From an uncultured Candidatus Saccharibacteria bacterium (GTDB taxonomy: Bacteria > Patescibacteriota > Saccharimonadia > Saccharimonadales > Saccharimonadaceae): DNA of 64,000 nt. Both the position numbers and the translations under genes were made by a program. Within the stretch, counting starts at the first letter, position 1, and each line of letters opens with the position of its first letter. This document shows positions 55,104 through 63,226 of this stretch, piece after piece. The stretch spans positions 631,539-695,538 of the forward strand of contig OY969928.1 in NCBI GenBank assembly GCA_963704675.1, read 5' to 3'. A model generated the notes under the pieces. It worked only from the letters and a program-made list of their open reading frames with translations. It was not told the DNA's origin and did no database searches.

Positions 55104-55502
55104 ATGCCACTTATTCAATCAGCCATTAAACGCATGCGTCAAACAGCCAAGCGACGCGCTCGCAACGTCAGCACTAAGCGTGATGTTAAAAGCGCCGTTA
55201 AAGCTTTTTTTGCCAAGCCAAGTGCTGAACTATTAAGTGCAGCTCAGTCAGAGATCGACACCGCTGTCAAAAAGAATATTTTAAAGAAAAACACTGCCGC
55301 TCGCCGCAAAGCAGCGTTAGCTAAAACCGCAAAAGAAGCTGGCGTGAAACTTGTTGCTGGCGCCAAAAAAACCGCCGCAAAACCAGCAACTGAGAAAAAA
55401 GCTCCAGCCAAAGCCACTACTGCAAAAAAGCCAGCGGCAAAGACAACAGCCAAGGCCCCCACAAAGAAACCTGCCGCCAAGAAATCAATCGCTAAAAAAT
55501 AA
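55104..55502 (+). CDS. rpsT: 30S ribosomal protein S20 with Lys/Ala-rich C-terminal extension
   Basis: MPLIQSAIKRMRQTAKRRARNVSTKRDVKSAVK.., then about 45 aa of AKK/PAAK repeats. Confidence 0.85.
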   Translation: MPLIQSAIKRMRQTAKRRARNVSTKRDVKSAVKAFFAKPSAELLSAAQSEIDTAVKKNILKKNTAARRKAALAKTAKEAGVKLVAGAKKTAAKPATEKKAPAKATTAKKPAAKTTAKAPTKKPAAKKSIAKK

Positions 55503-55510
55503 GATACCTC

Positions 55511-55553
55511 AATCATTAAGAATAGCCTCGTGAAGAGGCTATTCTTAATGATT
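55511..55553 (+). terminator. 19-bp perfect hairpin terminator of rpsT
   Basis: aatcattaagaatagcctc-gtgaa-gaggctattcttaatgatt. Confidence 0.7.
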
Positions 55554-55579
55554 GACAGATTATCATATATAGTTATAAA
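55552..55579 (+). promoter_or_regulatory. candidate promoter of the islet gene 55612; its -35 overlaps the rpsT terminator arm
   Basis: TTGACA (55552-57), a 16-nt spacer, then TATAAA (55574-79). Confidence 0.45.
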
Positions 55580-55611
55580 ATTTACTTACCTCGAACAACC
55601 TGGAGGAACTG

Positions 55612-55968
55612 GTGTTTGACGCAATAACTCGGGCAATCCTGATGATTACGTTCGCAAGCAATATCTACTTCATCCTGACTTTTGTCCCGGCCTTGCAAAA
55701 AAGCAGAGAGGCCCTCAGAACTGAGGAGCTGGGGCCGCGCGGCCGCGACTTCTCTCTGAGCGATTATTGGAAGTCCTGCGGGTTACTTTCACTCCACCTT
55801 GGAAGTGGCTTGGCGATACTCACGCTCATTGTCGTTGGCGTACCTCTTCTATTCCCAAGAGTGGGAGTGTGGATCGCCATAGCGCTGGCGGCAATCGGCT
55901 TTGCCGGTGCAGTTTTCAGCCAGAGACGCTACGCCAAGATCGAACGTCGCCTTATGCCCTCACCCTAA
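55612..55968 (+). CDS. small polytopic membrane protein (high-GC islet)
   Basis: 118 aa with a GTG start after GGAGGA and about 3 TM helices. No motif was recognised. Confidence 0.45.
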   Translation: MFDAITRAILMITFASNIYFILTFVPALQKSREALRTEELGPRGRDFSLSDYWKSCGLLSLHLGSGLAILTLIVVGVPLLFPRVGVWIAIALAAIGFAGAVFSQRRYAKIERRLMPSP

Positions 55969-55998
55969 CTCCAGGACGAGCTTCTGCGTGCGACAGAA

Positions 55999-56038
55999 AA
56001 GACGGTTCAGCACTACTCATGAAGTGCTGAACCGTCTT
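55999..56038. terminator. 15-bp perfect hairpin between the convergent genes 55612 and holA
   Basis: aagacggttcagcac-tactcatgaa-gtgctgaaccgtctt. Confidence 0.6.
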
Positions 56039-56058
56039 CGCACACCCCTAAAGATTCG

Positions 56059-56976
56059 TCATGAGCGAGCGACTATTTTCATAAGCGTTTGCTCAAGTAA
56101 AAGCCAAGGGTCAAGACCAGTTGACTTTAGTTGAGTATCAAGCATTGCCGTAGCCTCAATAATATCTTTTAATTCACCTGACGAGGTGCTACGTGCCAGC
56201 GGAGTCAGTTTTTTCAGCGGAAATGGGTGCGTGCCAAGTGTTTTAGCAATCTCCTCAGCGGAACGGCCCTGACCGTGTACTAAGGCCGCTAATTGTAAAA
56301 GTTGCGCGCCGAGCAATCCAAAAAGCATATAAGGGTCTTCGGTCGCTTTGGCGGTACTTATCTGTTGTTCGACTAAGGCACGTTTTTTATGTAACACGGC
56401 ATCGAGTAAGGCAAAAGCATTCGCCTGCGGAGTTGATTCAACTAGCACTTTGATCGCCTCTTTACTTACTCCGTGCGCTAATAATTTATCCAGCTCATTT
56501 GAGAGCCGCCATTGATCATTACCAGCCTGAGTAACTATTTGTTCAGCATCTTTAAGCGTTAAGTTCCCGCCGCGTTTTTTTGATTCTTCTCTAAGCCATG
56601 CGATTGCATCGGGTTCAGCTAAAGTTTTATATTCTTTGCCAACCGCATGTTTTTGCAAGAGTTTAAATGTTTTGGTACGCCTATCGGGCGCTGTTTCAAT
56701 CAACAAAAGATCCGTCCCTTCAGGAGCAGCTTCAGCCCACTTTTCTAACTCGTTCCACAAGACTTTGTTTTTGCTTGCTTCCGAAATGACAACCAACTTC
56801 TCGGTTGAAAATAACGAGACACCTTGCAGAATATTACCGAGTTGTCTTGAATCTAAGCTTTCACCATCAAAACGCTCAATTGATGGTATTTGAGATTTTT
56901 TTTGCGCAGCTTCAATAAGTTCCAGGCTGGCCTGGTGTTTTGCGTATGCATTGTCACCCCAAAAGAGATAGATCAT
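56059..56976 (-). CDS. holA: DNA polymerase III delta subunit
   Basis: 305 aa. MIYLFWGDNAYAKHQ.. and the overall length and helical C-terminus are typical of HolA. The sequence is only moderately distinctive. Confidence 0.6.
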   Translation of the reverse strand: MIYLFWGDNAYAKHQASLELIEAAQKKSQIPSIERFDGESLDSRQLGNILQGVSLFSTEKLVVISEASKNKVLWNELEKWAEAAPEGTDLLLIETAPDRRTKTFKLLQKHAVGKEYKTLAEPDAIAWLREESKKRGGNLTLKDAEQIVTQAGNDQWRLSNELDKLLAHGVSKEAIKVLVESTPQANAFALLDAVLHKKRALVEQQISTAKATEDPYMLFGLLGAQLLQLAALVHGQGRSAEEIAKTLGTHPFPLKKLTPLARSTSSGELKDIIEATAMLDTQLKSTGLDPWLLLEQTLMKIVARS

Positions 56977-57062
56977 AAATTTATTACTGTCTTTAAAAAA
57001 GTGTCAAGCCACGGTCGCTGCGTTTCATCTTCAGTCATAAAGCCTCTCGTTACTTTCATACT

Positions 57063-57785
57063 TCATGAGACAGGTACTACTACCTCGTAAAGCGATACCC
57101 CTGTGCGATATTTCGCCGCATCCTCCTCAGGCAAGCGAGTACCGAAAACATCACCTTCGGGCCATTGCTCTATTGATATACGTTGATTTTGATCAACCCT
57201 CGAAAGTGGTACGATAATTACTTGATCATTAGAAGGTGCTTGATCTGTGAGAGACGTTCTTGCTGCTTGCTCTAATCTTAAATATTGTGCATGGATATAT
57301 GTTCGACCGGCAACACTGCCAGGGCGACATTCATCAGATTCTGTCATTGCTCCAGGTTCGCCTGGCGTTCCTTTAGCACTACTAATTCTCCATCGAGCAG
57401 TCTTTAATTGACCCCGATCAAGTGGTACGACGCGAAAACCGTTAGCCTCAACGTCGAAGACTAACTCTTGGGCAGCTAAGATACTTGTTTGACCCAACTG
57501 AATAACTGGTTGCACAACAATATCGCCAGATTCGGGAAACTCAAGTGTACCCGGAAAGACGCTCACGGCTTCACCCTCACTAACCTTCAGTATAGTCGGA
57601 TCTGGATCGCCAGGGCGGGCGTTTAGTTCGCACTCAACAAGTTCTTTAGGGGCAGATGAAGGTGCTGGCTTTGGCGCGTAGCGACAACTTGCCAGCGTCG
57701 CAGTTATAGTGGCTATACCGACTGCTGCGACCGTCTTTTTGGCCGCTTTTCTCAACCGTTCCGAATAAGCTAACCTCTCAGCCAT
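57063..57785 (-). CDS. putative lipoprotein
   Basis: From Met35, ..AAVGIATITATLASCRY provides a lipobox (LASC). Confidence 0.45.
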   Translation of the reverse strand: MAERLAYSERLRKAAKKTVAAVGIATITATLASCRYAPKPAPSSAPKELVECELNARPGDPDPTILKVSEGEAVSVFPGTLEFPESGDIVVQPVIQLGQTSILAAQELVFDVEANGFRVVPLDRGQLKTARWRISSAKGTPGEPGAMTESDECRPGSVAGRTYIHAQYLRLEQAARTSLTDQAPSNDQVIIVPLSRVDQNQRISIEQWPEGDVFGTRLPEEDAAKYRTGVSLYEVVVPVS

Positions 57786-57805
57786 AAAAAACTCCTTTAG
57801 CCCTT

Positions 57806-58681
57806 CTACCCTATCAGTTTTTGGCAATGTGGGCAAAGATGAGTACCTCGCCCGGCAACGCGTGTTTTTACGATAATCGTCGCGCAACGCGGACAGGGCT
57901 TACCCTCACGACGAAAAACGCGTGCAAAACTGATATAACTTCCCTTCTTGCCTTCGGCGTTGACGTAGTTTCGGTCAGTTGAGCCGCCTTTTTCAATTGA
58001 GATAAGCAGCACTTCGCGAATCTCATTGAAAAGCTTTTTGAGCTTAGCATCACTTACATTTTTGACAAGAGTAGCTGGATGAATTTTAGCACCCCACAGC
58101 GACTCGTCAGCATAAATATTACCAATACCAGCAAGCACAGTTTGATCAAGCAATGCCGCTTTAATATTCGTGCCAGCCCGACGACGAATTCGCTGTATAA
58201 ATTGCCCGGGCGTAAACTCAGCATTCAAAGGTTCCGGGCCTACTTTCTGCATAAAGTTAATGTTCGGAATTTCTATTGTTGGCAGTAAACGTACCCACCC
58301 AAACTTGCGTTGATCATTAAAAAATAAATGGCTGTTGTCGCTAAATGTGAGGGTCACGCGTGTCGATCTATCAGGTAATTTGTGAATAAGGCTATCGGTT
58401 GGATGCCCGGCGCCAAAACGCGCATGATCATCAACATACACCAATTGCCCCGTCATCTTAAGGTGAACCATTAAACTATATTCATTATTCAAATCAACTA
58501 ATAGCACTTTGGCACGACGGCGAATAGCAATAATAGTAGTGTCATTTAAAAACAGTTCAACGTCGCGCTTAGCGTTAGGAAAACTTTTTGGGTTATCGTG
58601 CTCAACTTTGGCTACTGTTTTACCAATAATGAGCGCTTCTAAACCTCGTTTAACTGTTTCGACTTCTGGAAGCTCGGGCAT
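57806..58681 (-). CDS. mutM: formamidopyrimidine-DNA glycosylase
   Basis: N-terminal MPELPEVETV and a C-terminal zinc finger CPRCATIIVKTRVAGRGTHLCPHCQ. Confidence 0.9.
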   Translation of the reverse strand: MPELPEVETVKRGLEALIIGKTVAKVEHDNPKSFPNAKRDVELFLNDTTIIAIRRRAKVLLVDLNNEYSLMVHLKMTGQLVYVDDHARFGAGHPTDSLIHKLPDRSTRVTLTFSDNSHLFFNDQRKFGWVRLLPTIEIPNINFMQKVGPEPLNAEFTPGQFIQRIRRRAGTNIKAALLDQTVLAGIGNIYADESLWGAKIHPATLVKNVSDAKLKKLFNEIREVLLISIEKGGSTDRNYVNAEGKKGSYISFARVFRREGKPCPRCATIIVKTRVAGRGTHLCPHCQKLIG

Positions 58682-58686
58682 ATAAA

Positions 58687-59244
58687 TTATTGTAACAATT
58701 GTTTAATTGAACGAATATCCTTAAATTGCATTGTTTGCATACCAACTGATTCAGCGCCAGCACAATTTTCGGCTATGTCATCAATGAATAAACATTCATC
58801 CGGATAAACATCAAGACGCTGGGCAGTTCGTTCGAAGATTAGGGGGTTTGGTTTTGTGATACCTTCATCGCTTGAAAGTACAACGACGTCAAATAAACCA
58901 TGTAGCTGATGCTCATTGAAGAAATCTTGCAACCAATCGCGTCCAATATTTGATAGAAGGGCAACTTTAAAACGAGGTTTGATCTCACTTCGAATTAGCT
59001 CAATAAGCGGTTTATTGATAGTATGTTCTTTCTGAAAAGCCTTCTTGACTTCATTTATCGGTTCGCCAGTTATCTTACTGACAGCGTGTATATAATCATA
59101 TCGCTCAATAAACCCATGATTGCTCATTTTATCAAGATCATGCAGTTCTTCATATTTTTCTGAAAACTTTGAAAAATAAGCCTCGCTGGCATCAAGATAG
59201 AGCACACCGAAACAATCAAAGATAATTGCTTTAATATTCTGCAT
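58687..59244 (-). CDS. HAD-superfamily hydrolase
   Basis: Motif I IIFDCFGVL (DxF/DxxG variant), motif III/IV ..LFIDDIAENC. Confidence 0.7.
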   Translation of the reverse strand: MQNIKAIIFDCFGVLYLDASEAYFSKFSEKYEELHDLDKMSNHGFIERYDYIHAVSKITGEPINEVKKAFQKEHTINKPLIELIRSEIKPRFKVALLSNIGRDWLQDFFNEHQLHGLFDVVVLSSDEGITKPNPLIFERTAQRLDVYPDECLFIDDIAENCAGAESVGMQTMQFKDIRSIKQLLQ

Positions 59245-59860
59245 CAGCTAAAAGTTTGCCAAGTTTAGTCAGCTGATAAGATTGCGCACGCTCTAATCGT
59301 TGCTCACGCGGCAGCGATGGTGCTGTCGTGACCAGCCCGCGTGCAATATAGGTGTTCACGTAGCGCTCACCAATTTTCTTTTCGGGCAGAATAAGACTCT
59401 CGTGCGTAAATAAGCCTTTTAATTTTTGTAGATCAATCAAAGTTAATTGCGCCACGGTTTCAACAAGATCGTAGTAATCAGCCCGACGAATTTTGCCTTC
59501 AAGATAGTGAATCGTTAGTACACCGAGTATACGGCATTTTTCGCCATCTTCCTGTTTGTCTAAAATGAATAATAGTTTTTCAACAAAATCACGAGGCTTA
59601 GCTTGAAACTTCTCGTAAATAGCCTGCCGCTCGTTTTGATGAAGTGTTTCCCAGGCACTATAAAATTTTTGCACCTTGCGCGCCAGTAGATAGTCGCTCC
59701 AGGCATTGCCACTCTGGATGGCCGCAACGAGTGTTGAGAGTAATGGAATCTTGGCTAATCCCGGCACCGATTTCTCAAGTGCCTCATCTAGCAATGCTTC
59801 GCCGATTTCTTTAGCTGGATCTTGCCAAATTTCAAGCTGTTTCTGAACGTCTTTCGACAT
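59231..59860 (-). CDS. hypothetical protein
   Basis: 209-aa helical ORF with no firm motif. It overlaps the HAD gene start by 14 nt. Confidence 0.4.
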   Translation of the reverse strand: MSKDVQKQLEIWQDPAKEIGEALLDEALEKSVPGLAKIPLLSTLVAAIQSGNAWSDYLLARKVQKFYSAWETLHQNERQAIYEKFQAKPRDFVEKLLFILDKQEDGEKCRILGVLTIHYLEGKIRRADYYDLVETVAQLTLIDLQKLKGLFTHESLILPEKKIGERYVNTYIARGLVTTAPSLPREQRLERAQSYQLTKLGKLLADAEY

Positions 59861-59864
59861 GACG

Positions 59865-60659
59865 CTAACTCAAAACCTCTCTTAGTTCGGGATCTCCTTC
59901 GCGCAGGTAACGAGCCGAATCTTCATCTAGTTGACTGAGGAGTAATTTGAAGCGTTCTTTGCATTGCAGGGCTTGCTGATGATCGCCTTTTTGTTCGTAA
60001 ATGAGTGCTTTTAAGCCTTCGTATTCAGCTATCCTTCGAAGGTGCTTCTTTTCGCCGCCATCTGCTTGTAGAATCTCTTCAGCTTTATTTATCTCCGAAA
60101 GTGCACCATCGCTGTCGCTTGTTTGTAGCAGAAATACACTTAAGTGCATACGAGCTGTCGAAATATAAAAAGCTTGATTAGTCTTAAGGAGCCTCAATAA
60201 CCCCCGCCGCAGCCAAATCTCAGCTTGCTGCATGTCTTTTTGTAGCCTATAAAGATTGCCGAGTTTTACTTCAGAAATACCAAGCTCTGCTGCATCGTCA
60301 CTTTTTTCAAGTATATTAACACTTTGCTGCAGAAGCGGTAATGCATGATCATAGTCTTGTTTATACTGATAGGCAATCCCTTCATCACGCAATACTCGTC
60401 CAATACCCACCTCTTCACCAATTGCCGCATAGCGTTTCTTTGCTTCGACATATGCTTCGACTGCGGCTTCCGTGCGGTTTCCTACTTTGTTTGCAACGCC
60501 AATCATATGTTGCGCCCCAGCCGCACGTCTTTTATCACCAGCTTTTTCAGACTTTGTTATAAGCTCATAATACGCTTTAATGGCAGCATCAATCTGGCCA
60601 TTATTTCGTAAATTCGTTGCTTCAACTTCTAGTGCAGTTAACGGATCTAATCTTTCCAT
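59865..60659 (-). CDS. TPR-repeat protein
   Basis: 264 aa with repeated A..Y......G......A 34-aa periodicity. Confidence 0.6.
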   Translation of the reverse strand: MERLDPLTALEVEATNLRNNGQIDAAIKAYYELITKSEKAGDKRRAAGAQHMIGVANKVGNRTEAAVEAYVEAKKRYAAIGEEVGIGRVLRDEGIAYQYKQDYDHALPLLQQSVNILEKSDDAAELGISEVKLGNLYRLQKDMQQAEIWLRRGLLRLLKTNQAFYISTARMHLSVFLLQTSDSDGALSEINKAEEILQADGGEKKHLRRIAEYEGLKALIYEQKGDHQQALQCKERFKLLLSQLDEDSARYLREGDPELREVLS

Positions 60660-60678
60660 AAAATTATTATACCAATTA

Positions 60679-61119
60679 TTAACGACCCGTATGCCCTAAG
60701 CCGCCTTCGCCGCGCATTGTTTCGTCAAGTTCATCAACTGCTTGCCAGTTAACATGCTCGCATTTTGCAACAACCAGTTGAGCAATACGATCACCATCTT
60801 GCACTTCATAAGGTTCATTTGAAAGGTTCGCAAGTAAGATACTGAGCTCTCCGCGATAATCAGCGTCAATAGTACCCGGCGAGTTAATGCATACTATGCC
60901 GTATTTAAGCGAAAGGCCGCTCCGCGAACGAACCTGTAGTTCATATCCTTCGGGGATAGCCATATAGAGGCCAGTTCCAACCACCGTTCGCTCAAATGGC
61001 TGCATTGTTAGCGAGCCATCAGGCAAAAAAGCCCGAGCATCCATCGCTGCAGCATGCTCGGTATGATATTTCGGTGTCGGGTGGGTCGACTTGTTAATAA
61101 TGTGGATTTTCATACTCAT
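60679..61119 (-). CDS. dut: dUTP diphosphatase
   Basis: ..AAMDARA.., GLSLKYGI.., NSPGTIDADYRGEL.., GDRIAQLV.., C-terminal RGEGGLGHTGR. Confidence 0.9.
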   Translation of the reverse strand: MSMKIHIINKSTHPTPKYHTEHAAAMDARAFLPDGSLTMQPFERTVVGTGLYMAIPEGYELQVRSRSGLSLKYGIVCINSPGTIDADYRGELSILLANLSNEPYEVQDGDRIAQLVVAKCEHVNWQAVDELDETMRGEGGLGHTGR

Positions 61120-61137
61120 ACTCTAACAGAAGGCGGC

Positions 61138-61215
61138 GGACCGGATGAAGCATTTCACTTCACCCGGCCGCACACCAGTGCTTCGTCGTTAATGCGGTGT
61201 TGTTTCATCCGGTTC
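61138..61215 (+). other. GC-rich 15-bp stem with a large structured loop between dut and the upstream gene; the pairing favours the plus-strand transcript
   Basis: ggaccggatgaagca / tgtttcatccggttc have two positions that pair as G-U only in plus-strand RNA. A T-rich run follows (cctttttattgattttt). Confidence 0.3.
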
Positions 61216-61226
61216 TTCGGACCTTT

Positions 61227-61613
61227 TTATTGATTTTTCGACCTCTTTACTAGATCATCAATCAAACACGTGATCGCAGCGAGTTTTGACTCAGCATTGC
61301 TGAGCTTCTCAAGATCCATCTCATGATCAAGGTCGTCAAGCCAAGACTCAAGTTGTTTCAAGTTTTGGCTGATTCTCTGAGCCATTTGGGCAAGTTCTGG
61401 AGTTAGATCCGGTGCAGTACTCTTACCAAGCAGCACCTGTTCAAATGGCAAATATCGGGGCCGTTCCTCTTGAAGATTCAGATACACTCTGTCTTTCCGT
61501 CGCTGCAATCCCCTTCGTTCGAAATATTTCACAGTACAAAACGCGATAATTCCAACGAGGGCCACACAAACTGCGACTGCCAGGTAAAACATCACACTCA
61601 CCAACCTCATCAT
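61227..61613 (-). CDS. single-pass membrane protein, unknown function
   Basis: 128 aa with an N-terminal TM (VMFYLAVAVCVALVGIIAF) and a helical tail. Confidence 0.45.
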   Translation of the reverse strand: MMRLVSVMFYLAVAVCVALVGIIAFCTVKYFERRGLQRRKDRVYLNLQEERPRYLPFEQVLLGKSTAPDLTPELAQMAQRISQNLKQLESWLDDLDHEMDLEKLSNAESKLAAITCLIDDLVKRSKNQ

Positions 61614-61773
61614 CGTCGACTAGGCGGCCCTTATTATGCACATAGTGTGTGTACTATTGAAGGATTGTAGTTACTTTTACAATATTACATGAGTGTAGGA
61701 TTCACTAATATGTCTTAGTGTTGTGCGGGTATTCAATAGCATTTACAATAACAACGTAATTTAAAGGATAGTT

Positions 61774-62667
61774 ATGCAACCAAGGACGCCTCCAGATCAA
61801 GGGCCACAACAGCCCCTAGGGCCAACAGATCAAAATACACAACCCGCGCAGCCGCAGGGAGTCCGAAAAAATAGAAAGGCACTCATTATTTGGCTTATTG
61901 CAGGTGGTGTCGTACTGCTCGCAGCAATTGCTGTGCTTGTTATTTACTTAACAATGTTTAATATTTCTAAAGATGATTATAAAAAAGCGCTTGACACCAC
62001 TAAATCAGTGAACGAAAAGACTGAAGCTATTAACGGCATTGTTGTCGAACTCAGCTCAGACGATAATGAAAAGATTGCCGAGGCACAGCCAAAGGTACAT
62101 AAATCCATTGAAGACGCTCGAACCGAGATGGATAAGCTCCGCAAAGAGAAAGCTCTTAATGATAAAGATGTGAAAGAAAAGAGTGACGCCTATCTCACCA
62201 AACTAGATAAAACCATCACTTATCTAAGCAATTATGCAACCGATCTTGGAAGTTTGCGCATTATCATTAATGAATGTTCAGCTGCACTTGAAACAAAGCT
62301 TGGTAATGGCAGTGCTAGTGAACTCGCAGCCTCGCTTAATAAGATGGGCAACGATCTTACTGAGTGCACAAATAAATTAGAGCAAGCTCAAGAAAAAATG
62401 AAAAGTGACGATGCCCAAGCACTTGCCAACTCATTCGTTGGGCCTTACAAGACTCTGGCCCAGCAATCAAAGCTCGCCGGACAAGCAGCAAGCGCCGGTG
62501 ATTTCACAGCTTACGATCAAGCTTCGACTAAAATGAATCAAGCACTCGAAGAGATGACCACTAACAGTATCAAGGCATTAGAGCAAACTACCGATCATAT
62601 TAAGGCAATTGATCCTACTGAAGCATACGGTGCACTTGTTGCAGTGCTCGAAGGAAAAACTAAGTAA
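61774..62667 (+). CDS. single-pass membrane protein with a coiled-coil ectodomain
   Basis: 297 aa with a Pro/Gln-rich N-terminus and a TM (LIIWLIAGGVVLLAAIAVLVIYL). Confidence 0.45.
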   Translation: MQPRTPPDQGPQQPLGPTDQNTQPAQPQGVRKNRKALIIWLIAGGVVLLAAIAVLVIYLTMFNISKDDYKKALDTTKSVNEKTEAINGIVVELSSDDNEKIAEAQPKVHKSIEDARTEMDKLRKEKALNDKDVKEKSDAYLTKLDKTITYLSNYATDLGSLRIIINECSAALETKLGNGSASELAASLNKMGNDLTECTNKLEQAQEKMKSDDAQALANSFVGPYKTLAQQSKLAGQAASAGDFTAYDQASTKMNQALEEMTTNSIKALEQTTDHIKAIDPTEAYGALVAVLEGKTK

Positions 62668-62681
62668 TAAACTTGAGCTAA

Positions 62682-63224
62682 TTAAATATTTAGTTCCGCA
62701 ATTGTTGCATTTTTCTGATCTAAGGGAGTATCGAATTCGGCGACAGTTTTCTTGCCATTCGCTATCTGACGCAGATAAAAACCTGCGGTCGCATGGCCAA
62801 CAACCAACACTACCCCCTGTTCGTTAACGGTAATACGACGCAGTTTTGCAACACAGGCTTTCATTCGCTCTATGAGAGCCTGATGCGACTCGATACCATA
62901 TTTGTTATTGGTTAGGTAGTACCACGGTGTTTCATGATCTTTTGGCCCACCCTCTTTCTCACCAAAACCACGCTCACGTAATTCATCAATAACTTCAATT
63001 TTACCAGGGTCATAACTAATTTCTCGTGCAATAATTTCAGCAGTTTGTCGTGCTCGAATATAAGGTGAGCAAACTATTTTTGTGACCCCTCTGCCTTTCA
63101 GAGCCTGCCCGGTTTGAGAAGCTTGTAACTTACCGAGCTCACTTAGTGGGGTATTTGCGGTTGCGATCATTTTAGTAGCATTAGCTTCACTTTGACCGTG
63201 ACGAACAAAAAGCATTCTTGGCAT
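62682..63224 (-). CDS. histidine phosphatase family protein (phosphoglycerate mutase-like)
   Basis: LFVRHGQSEAN (RHG motif) and a downstream ..VVGHA.. His. Confidence 0.75.
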   Translation of the reverse strand: MPRMLFVRHGQSEANATKMIATANTPLSELGKLQASQTGQALKGRGVTKIVCSPYIRARQTAEIIAREISYDPGKIEVIDELRERGFGEKEGGPKDHETPWYYLTNNKYGIESHQALIERMKACVAKLRRITVNEQGVVLVVGHATAGFYLRQIANGKKTVAEFDTPLDQKNATIAELNI

Positions 63225-63226
63225 TA

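Noticed and set aside
23990-56040. Simple assembly chimerism as the explanation for the high-GC segments.
   Set aside because: Each islet is short and is flanked on both sides by collinear low-GC housekeeping genes. Promoter and terminator elements span the junctions; for example, the rpsT terminator overlaps the islet promoter. That pattern is hard to produce by mis-joining contigs. It still deserves read-level verification.
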